A stretch of 45,437 nucleotides of DNA from the NCBI GenBank assembly GCA_002256025.1, contig NKIB01014258.1:1-45437 (forward strand). The letters are read 5' to 3'. Below, piece by piece: positions 12,803 to 23,669 of this stretch (position 1 is its first letter; the number at the start of each line of letters is the position of its first letter). Position numbers and translations under genes: made by a program. Source of the stretch: Asterionella formosa. Its lineage: Eukaryota. The notes under the pieces are model-generated. The model was not told where the DNA came from. It saw nothing but the letters and a program-made list of their open reading frames with translations, and did not search any database.

Positions 12803-15339
12803 ATACCATGTTAAATTACGTAATCTATCGCACCTAAATATACCTTAAATGACTCGAGTCCACCATAGCTCATGTTTTCATTTTTCACGGGTAATCGGCT
12901 TGAAACCGTCATGCGTTGATTTGATGTTGGCTTCATGATAGTCATGAATCGACATCCATGGCGCCGACAGTGCAGCAGGAGCGACAGGCTCAATTGTTTA
13001 TCTGGGCGGTCGACAATCTGCATCATGACCATCGTCCTATTATATACTGGTTGTGTGACTACTTGGCTGTCGTAAATGTCCTGGGGACATACAGGAACGA
13101 TACTACCGGTATTGCTCTTGTGTTCGAACTTCCTGAGTGCGCTCCAGTCACTAACGAAGCCGACGACGGGAACCAGCCAGTTTGCATTATTATACAGTAC
13201 TGCGATTGCTCGACGAATATGATGACCTTTCGTGCGTGATTGTGGCTTGTGGCGTGTACCGGTAGAGGTCCAAAATAGATTTAAGTAGAACCAGGTACAA
13301 GGGTACCAGGTACTACGATTACAATAGAGTACAAAATTATCCAACTGGTCGGTACAGAGCTCTTGACATATGATTGGACATTTTCAAAAGGGGCATATCA
13401 TGAAAGGTTCCTATGACTGCTTAAATAGATGCCCCGTTTATGAAAAGACGGCAGCAATGTCCAAGGGTAGCCAATAACTATTCATTGGTTTGAACCGAAA
13501 CCTTTTGTAAGTTTAGTCCAATCAAAAGTTCAGCTGTTTTTTCATAAATTGACTGTTCCAACCACAAGCAGACCCTCATCATTCCCTGATGACCTATGGT
13601 GCTTACCATAGCATTACCTATACATCAGACTACTATGCATGTGAATAATCTAGCTATATTTATATAAATCTTTAGCATACGACAAACGTTACCTATATGG
13701 TCGAGCTCTACTATTGTAAGAATTAAACTACTAGCTCGATGGATCTGACATAAGTAGTGGGAACACTAATCCAGTTATATGATTCAGTTATAGACATCTA
13801 GAACTAATATTTAGGCTAGTGAAAGGCATTACCCTTTCAGACCACTTACTACAATGTCTGATCTTGATGTAGGGACTCATACATTGATTCCCTAAGAATG
13901 GTTAAAGGGTCACCTAGACTAAACTAAGACTTATTCTCTAGTAACTGATAACCCATAAGCAATATTTACTTATTATCAAAGCCAGGACTAGACTTGGCAA
14001 ATATAACTAAATGGAATAGATTAGCCTTTAGTCTAAACCAATGGTAACAAGACCTAAAAGTATATACAGACTCCAGGGATCTCAAATGACCCTTTCCAAG
14101 AATGGATCAAACAAGCAAGCAAGCAAATATGGTTCTATTTAGGGCACCTGACATTGTTTTGCTCCTGATTGCCAACAGTGTTCCCACCAAGCCAAAGATA
14201 CTCCATTTCTAAATGTGTGCCTTCACCATTTCAGTTCAATTCATCAGCCCCTGAAGTAGCACCAGCCAAGTGAGGGTGTCATGTACCTGAAGATGTTGGA
14301 ATGATGATATTATAGCAGAAGAAGCTGAAGTAAATGAGGGAAGCAATCAAAGATCTAGCATTTGAATCATATTTTATATCATTTTGCATTGTTGCATGCC
14401 TTTCAACAATGTATTAGATCAAATGCTCAAAACATTCACATTTTTCTGGAATCACTTGATTAATTTCTCATCCTCATCAGATGATGTTCATATAGCATTA
14501 TCTCTTTCAGCAAAATCATCCATATCAATCCATTCCTCTCCTGGGAATTCAATATTGGACTTTCCTATCTTGTTATTCGCCTTTAAACTACTTAGCTAGC
14601 TAGCCACACAGCTATGGATAGTGAAGTCTATGTGGCGCTTCCTGGCCTAGTATCCAGCCTAGGTTCCAAGGTTGCAAAACCAACCCATGATCAACTCAAC
14701 AGAAGTTGTGATGATTGATACTGGAACACTGCTGGGGGAGGTGCATGGTCGGTTACACTCCCTTGTATGGTGGGAGTTGGACTAAATGTGCTGTGTGGCT
14801 GCACTTGTAATGCTGTACATATGAGTCAGTCATAGTGAGCTTCAGAACTCACCAATGCATCATGGACTTTGACACAACCTGTGTGAAGGGTGCATTGTTA
14901 TACTGGTAGCAATGTAATGTATGTAAGCTACTTGGTACCCCTGGTAATCAATTTTCTTTTGATGCATCAACAGAATGAATCACTGTGCCTGCCGTTGGTT
15001 TATTGTGTAGCAGGATGATATTTATTTATGGCTAAAATTCTATCATACTATCGTAGATCTTACACAAGGAGTACTCTACTAACTTCAGAGGTGAGTTATT
15101 GATCGTCGCTCATTTCACAATTTCATCATGACACCACCAGGAGGATGAATAAAATATGTATACCGGTATATACTGGTAGCTACATAAAAGAACACTAGAC
15201 CGGCATAAAATCAACGAGAACATTGAATGCTACCTGGTACAATGGGTTTGTGAGATGATCGAGTCGTTGGCCCGTCGCATGCTTGATACTGTATATTCTC
15301 CAAGGACATATTAGCTCGGTTTGTCCTCCATTCTTCACC

Positions 15340-17493
15340 ATGACAATCACTGCCCCTGTGAACAACAAGGAGCAGCAACAGCAGCAACCGCTCGACACCA
15401 TTCGACACGCCGGAAGGTGCCATGTTCGTGGCAAGATCCAACGAGTCTGGCGACCGCGGTACTTAGAATTGTGGGATCATGGGGTGGTACGGTACTACGA
15501 ACTTCCGCATCAGACACTCAAATGCACATTGCAAGTATTGCAGGCTCGTATCATTGATGTTACTACCCTGCGAGATATGCATGTTGGATTGCCACGGGGC
15601 ACGTTTGGATTCTGTTTGTCGGCTCTGCGGTCCGAACATGGCGCCAATTGTACGGAGCCATCCTTCGGGAAACGAGACTTTCTATGTGCTGTTGCGACAT
15701 TGGAAGAAGCACAAAGTTGGGTCGTTGCCTTGCAGTGGGCAGCGTCATTGGCACACACTAGCGCTTGGGAAAGCGATGAAGAATTGTACCACGCGGCTGC
15801 AACATTGATGCACCCTCTCAAAGCAAATGCATTACAAGTTGTGGCTCAGTCAGTGCCCTCTATGGAACTGACTGCAAAGAAAATAAACACGCAACTAACA
15901 AAACAAAAACAGCAACTACAAGGAACTATTGTGGTGACCAAGGTACAATCATTGCGAATCATAAGACATGCCACAGGAGGGGTCAATGTGGCATATCAAA
16001 TTTCGCTCTTGTTGGTACGACCTGGATCATCAAGGGCAGAACAAAGACTTATTGCTCGCACTCGTCAAGATATTTATGATGTACTTTTGGACTTACGAGA
16101 AGAATCAACGTCATCATCGCGACTGGTATTGACGGAGGCACAGGAACTCATGAAAGACATACCGACCAATTACTTCGACTTTGTCACATCCCTTGCCCGG
16201 ATTGAACGTGTCATGAGATCTTTGGCAATGGATGCTGGGATATGCAATTCAGCTGCCCTACGTCGATTTTGGGCCTTGGATAAGTCACTGCTGCATCGTC
16301 CCTTATTGAATGTTCACATCACCAACAATGTCATTTCCATACAAGATTTGGGAGATGTAGGAGATACGGAGGCGTTTGTCAAGGAATGGTTGAGTCGAGG
16401 AACCATGGAAAAATATTCTTGGTACAAATCACTAATGTTGTGGGGGTTGCAGAATCCATTTTATGTTGCTGGGGGGTTCTTGATACCACTTGTGGTGGTT
16501 CGACCCGTATTGTACTTGCGAGAACATGCCATACCAGCTCTTCACATGAAATCAGATGTTTTGCTTCTATCGTGGGTCGTGGCGGCCTATTTGGGACGAG
16601 AATATGAAAAGCAACAACGTCCTAGGCGGCGTAGACCTTCTGTAGACGAAGATGTCAATTCCTTGGATGACGAAGAGCCCTCGACCAGTATTGACGATGA
16701 GATAATTTCGGAACAGCAACAAACAGCAACAATATCGTCCACCCTACTCTCCTCTCCTCTTCCTCGGTATCCTGCCAATGGAGGAACTTCGTGTTGGTCG
16801 AAACCCAATGATACTATTTTCCGAGTCCGGAGTGTCACATACCTTCAAGACCGCATCAAGGCCCCCTCAGGTCCTGCTCCCTTCAAATGTCGAGGCGTCG
16901 ACGTATGGCTCACGGACAACCCAGAACGGCACATTGCTAGACATCCAAGTGTATTGGGTGGATTGTTGGAAAAAGAAGATACATTTTTAGTGAACTTTCT
17001 ACTGCCCTTCGGAAACTTTGTATCCTACTTTGGAATCCCACCTCTCAATGAGTTCCCACCAAAATTACGGGGTGTATGGACGCGATTTTTACAGGGCGAT
17101 CAGCAATACCGCGATGCTCGATTGAAATTATTGCCTGTGGTGGTGGACGGACCTTGGATTGTGAAGGCTGCTGTGGGTCAAGGAACTGCTCCAGCCTTGT
17201 TGGGAAAAGTCATTCCATTGCAATATTACTTTCGATCCCCCACTGAGAATCAAAAGGGTGTGTACGAAGTCGATGTTATTATTACTGCGTCAAGAATAGC
17301 CAAGGGTATTTTAAGTGTGGTCAAGGGACATACCAATGCATTGACCATTGCATTTGGATTCATCATTGAAGCCTCCGAACAAGACGACTTGCCCGAAACG
17401 GTACTTTGTAGCTTTCAAATGCATTCGCTCCACTTGGAAGATTGCTCCGCGCTTCCAGACTGCAACCTCGATGAACTGACTGGGGAGCATTAG
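15340..17493 (+). CDS. PH-domain / EDR2 C-terminal (DUF1336-like) membrane protein
   Basis: N-terminal PH (WRPRYLEL..VRYY..EEAQSWVVAL), two hydrophobic segments, C-terminal WSKP..FRVRSVTYLQDRIKAPS, RLKLLPVVVDGPWIVKAAVG, IIEASEQDDLPETVL. First likely ATG at 15340. Confidence 0.9.
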   Translation: MTITAPVNNKEQQQQQPLDTIRHAGRCHVRGKIQRVWRPRYLELWDHGVVRYYELPHQTLKCTLQVLQARIIDVTTLRDMHVGLPRGTFGFCLSALRSEHGANCTEPSFGKRDFLCAVATLEEAQSWVVALQWAASLAHTSAWESDEELYHAAATLMHPLKANALQVVAQSVPSMELTAKKINTQLTKQKQQLQGTIVVTKVQSLRIIRHATGGVNVAYQISLLLVRPGSSRAEQRLIARTRQDIYDVLLDLREESTSSSRLVLTEAQELMKDIPTNYFDFVTSLARIERVMRSLAMDAGICNSAALRRFWALDKSLLHRPLLNVHITNNVISIQDLGDVGDTEAFVKEWLSRGTMEKYSWYKSLMLWGLQNPFYVAGGFLIPLVVVRPVLYLREHAIPALHMKSDVLLLSWVVAAYLGREYEKQQRPRRRRPSVDEDVNSLDDEEPSTSIDDEIISEQQQTATISSTLLSSPLPRYPANGGTSCWSKPNDTIFRVRSVTYLQDRIKAPSGPAPFKCRGVDVWLTDNPERHIARHPSVLGGLLEKEDTFLVNFLLPFGNFVSYFGIPPLNEFPPKLRGVWTRFLQGDQQYRDARLKLLPVVVDGPWIVKAAVGQGTAPALLGKVIPLQYYFRSPTENQKGVYEVDVIITASRIAKGILSVVKGHTNALTIAFGFIIEASEQDDLPETVLCSFQMHSLHLEDCSALPDCNLDELTGEH

Positions 17494-17703
17494 GGAAAGT
17501 ATGAAGTGAAGGATCGTTAATTATTTATAGATGAGATGATGTATCTGTTTCATTTTGACAAGTGATCCATAAAGAAATGTCATTCGTATGGTAGATGTAT
17601 CATCCTGCCTGCTATAGTGCACACAGTGCCGATGTTCATTGTCGGTCCAAGTCTCCTAGTTGCAAGCCTTGTGGAATCGATTTACTATTTTTGTGCAAAT
17701 ATT

Positions 17704-18444
17704 CTACTGCCTATTTTCAAAAATGTCGTCCGATGTCTTGTTGCCAATACTAGAATTTGACCCATCGAAAACGACGAGTTTGGACGATGGCCCCTCCATT
17801 GTTAGGTCCTTACAAAGCACCATGTGTGGCCTTTCCTCTACACGTTGTTTGAGTTGTACTTTGACCACAACCGTCTGACCTGTTGTCACAAATCCTTGTT
17901 TCTCAAAGAACTGAATTGCCGATTGGTTGGAGTCTTCAACTTCCACGTATAGACTACAGTCCTTCCATACACGACATACCACATCGATGCATTTGTTTAA
18001 TAGCATCGTCCCTACCCCACACCCTTGCCAATTGGGGTCAACGCATACAACCCCAACTGTCGCTCTTCGACTTGTGCTAACTCCCAATTCAACCATACCA
18101 ATAACAGCCCCGTGTTGTTCTTCTTTGGCAACCAATACAACATATTTCGTACTACCCTGCAATTGGCGAGCGGTAGCAACATGACGTTGATAGACTTGGT
18201 TGATAGTTTGTTGTTGTTCCAACAAAGTCCATGTTAGCCACTCGAGGGTCCCACTTTTGATTTGTGGTGCATCAAAGACATGTACCACCAACGTTGCCAA
18301 TTGTTGCCAGTCTTGCTTGGACCTTGGTGCTGCAATCAGAATGTTCTGTTTCCTTGGGAAAGAGGTACTGAAGCAACCAACGAGGCTTGTACTGCAATAC
18401 AGAAAAAGTACCAGACGACGCAATGTCAGCAGCGGTGGCGTCAT
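17704..18444 (-). CDS. GNAT-family N-acetyltransferase, probably plastid-targeted
   Basis: VCVDPNWQGCGVGTMLL acetyl-CoA motif and NQSAIQFFEKQGF. N-terminal signal peptide ends VGC-FS. Confidence 0.9.
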   Translation of the reverse strand: MTPPLLTLRRLVLFLYCSTSLVGCFSTSFPRKQNILIAAPRSKQDWQQLATLVVHVFDAPQIKSGTLEWLTWTLLEQQQTINQVYQRHVATARQLQGSTKYVVLVAKEEQHGAVIGMVELGVSTSRRATVGVVCVDPNWQGCGVGTMLLNKCIDVVCRVWKDCSLYVEVEDSNQSAIQFFEKQGFVTTGQTVVVKVQLKQRVEERPHMVLCKDLTMEGPSSKLVVFDGSNSSIGNKTSDDIFENRQ

Positions 18445-19343
18445 GATGATTAGGACTATAAATGGATTACCGGTAGTATAGCAACTCTTTTAGTCTTTGG
18501 TGTTGTGGAGAAGAAATAAACAAACACACGTCAAAAAGGTCTGTTTAGTCCTTCAGTTATTTTGTGAGGCATGCATTGGTACAAGACTCAAAGGGCCGAA
18601 TAATGTAATTGATTAGGACTAGACCGACAGTTTGTCATACTACTATAGTAATAGACTAGTTAATCTACTGGTAGTCTACTCCTGACAATAGACGATAGGA
18701 CAAGGAATACAAAGGAAACCGCGAGGTAAAAGAGAAACAATGAAATGGCAAAAGGACGAAGTCTCGCGCATGGCTGTATACTGTGCTGCCTCGGCCACTC
18801 CAACAAGCGGCGGCATGCAACGCGTGCACCGCATCAGTCCACGCCTTACCGGTACTTCAGCGCTCCTGCATGATGATGGTCAGCATTATTTCATAGATTA
18901 GGAAAATGAACAGTACATGTGCATCATGAATATTTCTGTTGCAAGTTCTTCCAAGAGAGATTTGTGATTCCAGTTTGCACACAAAATGATATATTGACAT
19001 GCACTCCGGTAGATCCGGACTAACCTAACTAATTGATGATAGTAGACTAAATGTACCAACATCATGCTCGCTTTGTATGATGAAACAAGAAGCTGTTTGT
19101 TGTCATACTATTTGCGCCAAGTTAAATGCAACTCATAAATTGAAAAATAACAACTTTCAGCACAACCACCTGTGCCCTGCCAAACAACATTATGACAAGA
19201 CCAGATAGCAAGAATAGAATGGTTTAGTTCAGTTCAGTTCCCTCCAAAGAGTAGATATAGCAACTCAGGTTTTCTACATTTCAGATTCGTTCAAGTTGAT
19301 AAAAAGTAAAAGGTTCACCGAAAGAGGATCAATTCAGAATAAT

Positions 19344-20118
19344 TTACTCCTCCGCTGGAGCTGCCTTTTCCTCCTTCTTTGCAGCATTGGGGTGAATCTT
19401 ATCCCAAGCAGTAGCAAGCTGCTTAGGGGATGCCTCAAGGAATCCGTCATATCCCATAGATCCCACCAGCTCAGCCATGGCTTCTTCCTTTCCCTTAAAT
19501 TCAAAGGGAGACGTCTCCGCGAAGGCATCAATCTTGAAGGATGCAGCTTCCTTTGTGAATGCCTTGAGGGTGTCTTCCGCCTTGGCCAAATCCAAACTGA
19601 CGGTGGAGACGGCCTCAGAAAACCAAGGTTCGTCGCCTCCATCGGCAGCACCGGCGTAAGACTTTTGTCCAACAGGAGACGTTCCAGGCACTCTCCAGTT
19701 GTTGGGGGAGACAGCACCAAATGTTCCCTGACCGCCATCACCAATCGAGGCTGGGACGTAGGAGTTCTTCTTGCCGTAGTCCAAGTCGTACTCGGCCATC
19801 GTCAACGACGACGCTGTCAATGGTAGTGAGGAACATGAGCAACGAGTTAGTTTCTGTTTGCTGGAATTAGTTGATGTTTGGAATAGATCACTGCCTAACA
19901 GGTCGTCATGGTCGGCAAGAAGGTACAAAGGGGGGCTGAAAGCAGAAATCTACTGGCACTGCAAGGGGACTAAACTAGGCGCTTCGAAATGACGAACAAA
20001 AAGGGATTTCATGGTCCTTCTATCGGCAGTTCTTTCACGTACAACGAGTGATGAACGCAGTTGGGGCGAAAGCCGCAACAGAGGAGGCGGTGAGAGCAAA
20101 AACAGCGGCGACCTTCAT
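19344..20118 (-). CDS. Plastid-targeted uncharacterised protein, 181 aa, two exons (20118-20043, 19813-19344)
   Basis: Exon 1 encodes MKVAAVFALTASSVAA-FAPTAFITR. Intron GTACGT...TTGACAG (20042-19814) joins in frame to SSSLTMAEYDLDYG. Strongly biased codon usage suggests high expression. Confidence 0.88.
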
Positions 20119-20489
20119 GGTGAATCAAGGGTTCTTTGATAGGCAATCGGAATGTGATGGGCGTCTTTCGGGTTGCTTTGTCGCGATCCTTTTTGTTCAA
20201 CGTTAGTCGAATAAGTCCTACAGACAACTTTGCCTGATGCCCTGGCATATGCCCAAGCAAATGCCCCGTCGTACTGTATGTAGGTACTAGTACCTGGTAC
20301 GGAGTACCCAGTATGTTTTCTAGTTGCTTTGCTGTCATGCATACCGGTATTCTTCTTGTCCACCTACATAAACGTTCCTCATTTATCTATGTATGGGTAT
20401 GACGATAATCAATACTACATTGAGTCCAGAAACACCCGCACCGCCCAACCCATTCCTTGACGACGTCAGGATGATGTTCGGATTGATAG

Positions 20490-20497
20490 TGACGTCA
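20490..20497. promoter_or_regulatory. TGACGTCA bZIP (CRE/aureochrome-type) motif in a divergent intergenic region
   Basis: Perfect palindrome at 20490-20497, with TGACGACGTCA at about 20458-20468, between divergent starts at 20118 and 20662. Confidence 0.35.
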
Positions 20498-20661
20498 TCA
20501 TGTGGCACCGGAAAACGCACTTCCTTGATCTGATGCATATTTAATCCTCAGCATGCATCGGCCTGATTGGTTAATATACCGGTATTGCAAGATGCATGGA
20601 TGAAAAATCGAGGAGAGGTTGGGAATCTCCTGCGTGGTCAAGTTGACTCTTCCCCCCCCCA

Positions 20662-21573
20662 ATGGCGATACCACTCAAGGCAAAAATGTCTCCATCGCAC
20701 TCTCGAGTGTTCAATCTTATTGTGTCATTACTAATTTTATGGCCAAGAGCGCTGCGATCCTTTCCTCTCGGTAGAATCCACTCAACAGGATGGACAACGA
20801 CCAGAACAAGTGTTCGTTTCTCATCACCGGAACACTTTGTTCCTGACGTTGAGGTTGTCACCTCCATGCCGGAACCTTTGCCTGCTAATCTTAAGAACAC
20901 CTACTACATGCTGCGCCACGGTCAGTCGACGGCAAATGTACAAGGCATCATATCCTCTGCGCGAACATTGGCCTATTCGAGCAAACATGGCCTGACTCAA
21001 CTGGGGTATGATCAAGGCCGTCTTGCAAGCCATCAGCTCCTTGACTTGATAGCACAAGTAGGCAAGGGCGAAAGAATCATTATGATATCATCTCCCTTTG
21101 CCAGAGCTCGTCAGACAGCACAGGCATGCTTAGATGGCCTTGTCGATGACTGTTCGGAACAAGTCCAATCTATGGGCATTCGCATACAGACAGAAATACA
21201 ATTGGAGGACCGCTTGATGGAAAGATACTTCGGTCGACTCGATGATGAAGCGATATACACGTATGCATATGTTTGGCCTGTCGATAAGTTCAATGTCACT
21301 CACACAGCCTTTGGTGTTGAATCTGTGGCTGCAGTTGCGACGAGATTGAGAGACGTTGTGTTGAGTCTAGAAGAAACGTATTCCGAATGCCATCTTGTTC
21401 TGGTGTCGCATGCCGATGTGCTTCAAATATGTCAACTTTACGCAGCCAACGTAGAGAATGTGGGCATGTTTAGCAGCTACCGATTTGTAAATGGTGAAGT
21501 TCGAGTTATGAAACGAACTCCTAATTCGCTTCCAGAACCGAGTCCCTTGCAGGCCCCAAAGCGAGGGACATAG
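20662..21573 (+). CDS. Histidine phosphatase / phosphoglycerate mutase-family protein, probably plastid-targeted
   Basis: LRHGQS, SSPFARARQTA, LMERYFG and VSHAD motifs. Hydrophobic leader ends LRS-FP. The start may be the second Met (20686). Confidence 0.92.
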   Translation: MAIPLKAKMSPSHSRVFNLIVSLLILWPRALRSFPLGRIHSTGWTTTRTSVRFSSPEHFVPDVEVVTSMPEPLPANLKNTYYMLRHGQSTANVQGIISSARTLAYSSKHGLTQLGYDQGRLASHQLLDLIAQVGKGERIIMISSPFARARQTAQACLDGLVDDCSEQVQSMGIRIQTEIQLEDRLMERYFGRLDDEAIYTYAYVWPVDKFNVTHTAFGVESVAAVATRLRDVVLSLEETYSECHLVLVSHADVLQICQLYAANVENVGMFSSYRFVNGEVRVMKRTPNSLPEPSPLQAPKRGT

Positions 21574-21732
21574 GCTTACATCATATTGAGCGCTAAATAA
21601 TAAATTAAGTAGAAGCTGACAGTAACGGAATTCTATACTAGCGATTGAATTGATAGCATCGCTTCTGGTGGCATGCTATTTGCCCTAGCTTGTTTTTGTG
21701 CACAGAATAGAAAGTGCCCCGCCCTTGAGTAT

Positions 21733-22246
21733 TCACATGAGTTCCTCAATCATCTCTTGCAAACGGCCTGGATTGGCACCCATCAATCGATCAATCACTT
21801 CACCAGCCTTGATAAAGATAAAGGTAGGCATGGCAGACACGCCATATTTGGCAGCCGTTTCAGGATTTTCGTCCACATCAACCTTCAAAAAAACAACGTT
21901 GGCGAAATCCTCAGACTCCGAGAGCTCCTTGTAAAAAGGGGAAATCTGTTTACAAGGACCACACCATGTGGCACCTGGCCAATACAATCATGAGAAGGTG
22001 GGTTGCGCACTTCTTGGAAGTCACATAAACATCCTACTTACTGAAATCAATCACCACAAGCTGATTTTCGGAGCCAGCTTTTGAAAGAATGTCTTGAACA
22101 TTTTGTAGTGTTGTTGGCTCTAGAACTTCGCCACCTCTCGTTTGAAGCGCAAGCTTGGAGACTCCGAAGAACGATGGGCACTGAGATCTTGGAGGAGTTG
22201 CCACTGCTGAAGCCAACAATAGGAAAAGTGTCAAAAGGCGCGTCAT
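21733..22246 (-). CDS. Thioredoxin with signal peptide, 148 aa, two exons (22246-22042, 21974-21733)
   Basis: Intron GTAAGT...GGCCAG restores VVIDFS-ATWCGPCK; also FLKVDVDE and MPTF. Leader MTRLLTLFLLLASAVA followed by a transit-like segment with RGG. Confidence 0.92.
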
Positions 22247-22669
22247 GGTTAATTTTCTTGAAGAGTGAAGGAATGTGATGAGTGGAAGTTTGTTAAAATT
22301 TTCGTTCATGAAGTATGATCGGATTTGTCAATTTTATTAGCCGTTTAATATACAATGTATGTCCGTCCGCTGATGGCATTTAAAATGTATGCCGTATGGC
22401 TGGTTGCAACCTGAAGATCAATATATAGTAGGATACATGTAGGCCTTAGGGCCAATCTTAGCAGAGATACAAATTATTTTTTGTTGTATCTTCAGAAAAA
22501 AATGAATCTTTACAGAGATACATTTCACAAATATATCTCTGTAACGGTAAAACAGTTAGCCGTTTTCTTTATGTCTCTGCAAACATGTGGATCAGACTCA
22601 GCAAAAATATTTGCTATGTGAGTTTCAATTATTCAATGTGTCTGACCATTATCATTGCTGTAACAACAA

Positions 22670-22960
22670 TGACAAATCGACCGGAAGAACCTGACAGTTG
22701 GGATGTCATTGACAATCTTGATAAAGAAGCAGAACAACAGAGTTTTTTGTTAATTGCAGCAGTTAGTACATTATCATTTTTGGAGTCCTATGAACAAAAC
22801 TCGAAGCCAGGAGTGCGAATTCCAAAATGGGAGCATTGATGAATTGACTGAAATGAGCATGTCACAAAGCTTCTTCACGAGAATAGATTTCATCGTGAAT
22901 ATTGCATGTCTCTTGAAGCTTTTCAACCAACTTCTGGAACTCCTTCAACATTCCATCACA
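22670..22960 (+). pseudogene. Harbinger (DDE_Tnp_4-type) transposase N-terminal stub
   Basis: PKWEH**ID*NEHVTKLLHENRFHREYCMSLEAF parallels TKWEHERMSWHSHFKKLCNEDAYEKTY in the 34098 transposase. Confidence 0.65.
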
Positions 22961-22962
22961 TC

Positions 22963-23046
22963 ATTGGTGGTCAAGAAATTTTGTCAGGGGCTCAGAGTGT
23001 TCATGACCCAGACTTGTTGGAAGAGCGGGCCAAAGCATGGGGAATC
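22963..23046 (+). pseudogene. Aspartyl-tRNA synthetase fragment (about 28 codons)
   Basis: GGQEILSGAQSVHDPDLLEERAKAWGI matches the eukaryotic AspRS segment G(E/Q)EILSGAQR(I/V)HDP.LL.ERA...GI. Confidence 0.8.
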
Positions 23047-23115
23047 GTTGTCAGAAATGATTCGACAAATATCATGACATTTTTTACCTTACTGAGACTT
23101 TTAATTATAGAGTTT

Positions 23116-23668
23116 TCACCAGTAGGCTCGTTGCTGCGGTTGCAAATCAATAACCAGAATTGTCATGTTATCTCCGCCAATACCTTGGGTAGATCGAGGA
23201 TCTTCACTAATGATTTCATCTAGCATCTCAATTCCAATCTCTACTGCTGGCGTCTTGGTGTCAATTCGCTCTCTAACATATTTTACCGCCTGTTCGTTAG
23301 TAAAGCAATCCCAAATACCATCACAACCCAAAATCATTTGGATGCAGAATCACCTGAACAATATCGGGTTCCGCTGTAATCATTTGTCCTGCTGGGGGAG
23401 TTCCAGGAACTTGTTTATATTTCAGATCACCAATGGATCGAGAAACAAGGTTCAAGTTTCCATTCACACGCCCGAATTGGTTGAGAAATCGACCAGCCTT
23501 GTGAATTCTATCCATTTCTCGATCTTTCTGTGGTTTGTGGTCGAAACTTAATGCTTCCGTATTCCCACCCGCCCTACAAAGGACAGCTCGGGAATCCCCA
23601 GTATTCGCAACAGTTAGTGTACGTCCAATGAGAACCGCCACGATTGCTGTACAGCCGGCATGAACTTG
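23116..23668 (-). pseudogene. Protein phosphatase 2C (PPM1G-like) C-terminal half, frameshifted
   Basis: VHAGCTAIVAVL, VANTGDSRAVLCR, LSFDHKP, RVNGNLNLVSRSIGD, ITAEPDI, ILGCDGIWD, GGDNMT. No N-terminal half; frameshift at about 23337. Confidence 0.92.
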
Positions 23669-23669
23669 G

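Noticed and set aside
12811..13344. 177-aa and 93-aa ORFs
   Set aside because: No recognisable motifs, and the longer one runs into GGTACC repeats.
19296..19826. Antisense and alternative-frame ORFs over real genes (also within 15.3-17.5 kb and 41.4-45.2 kb)
   Set aside because: Shadow ORFs caused by codon bias of the true CDS.
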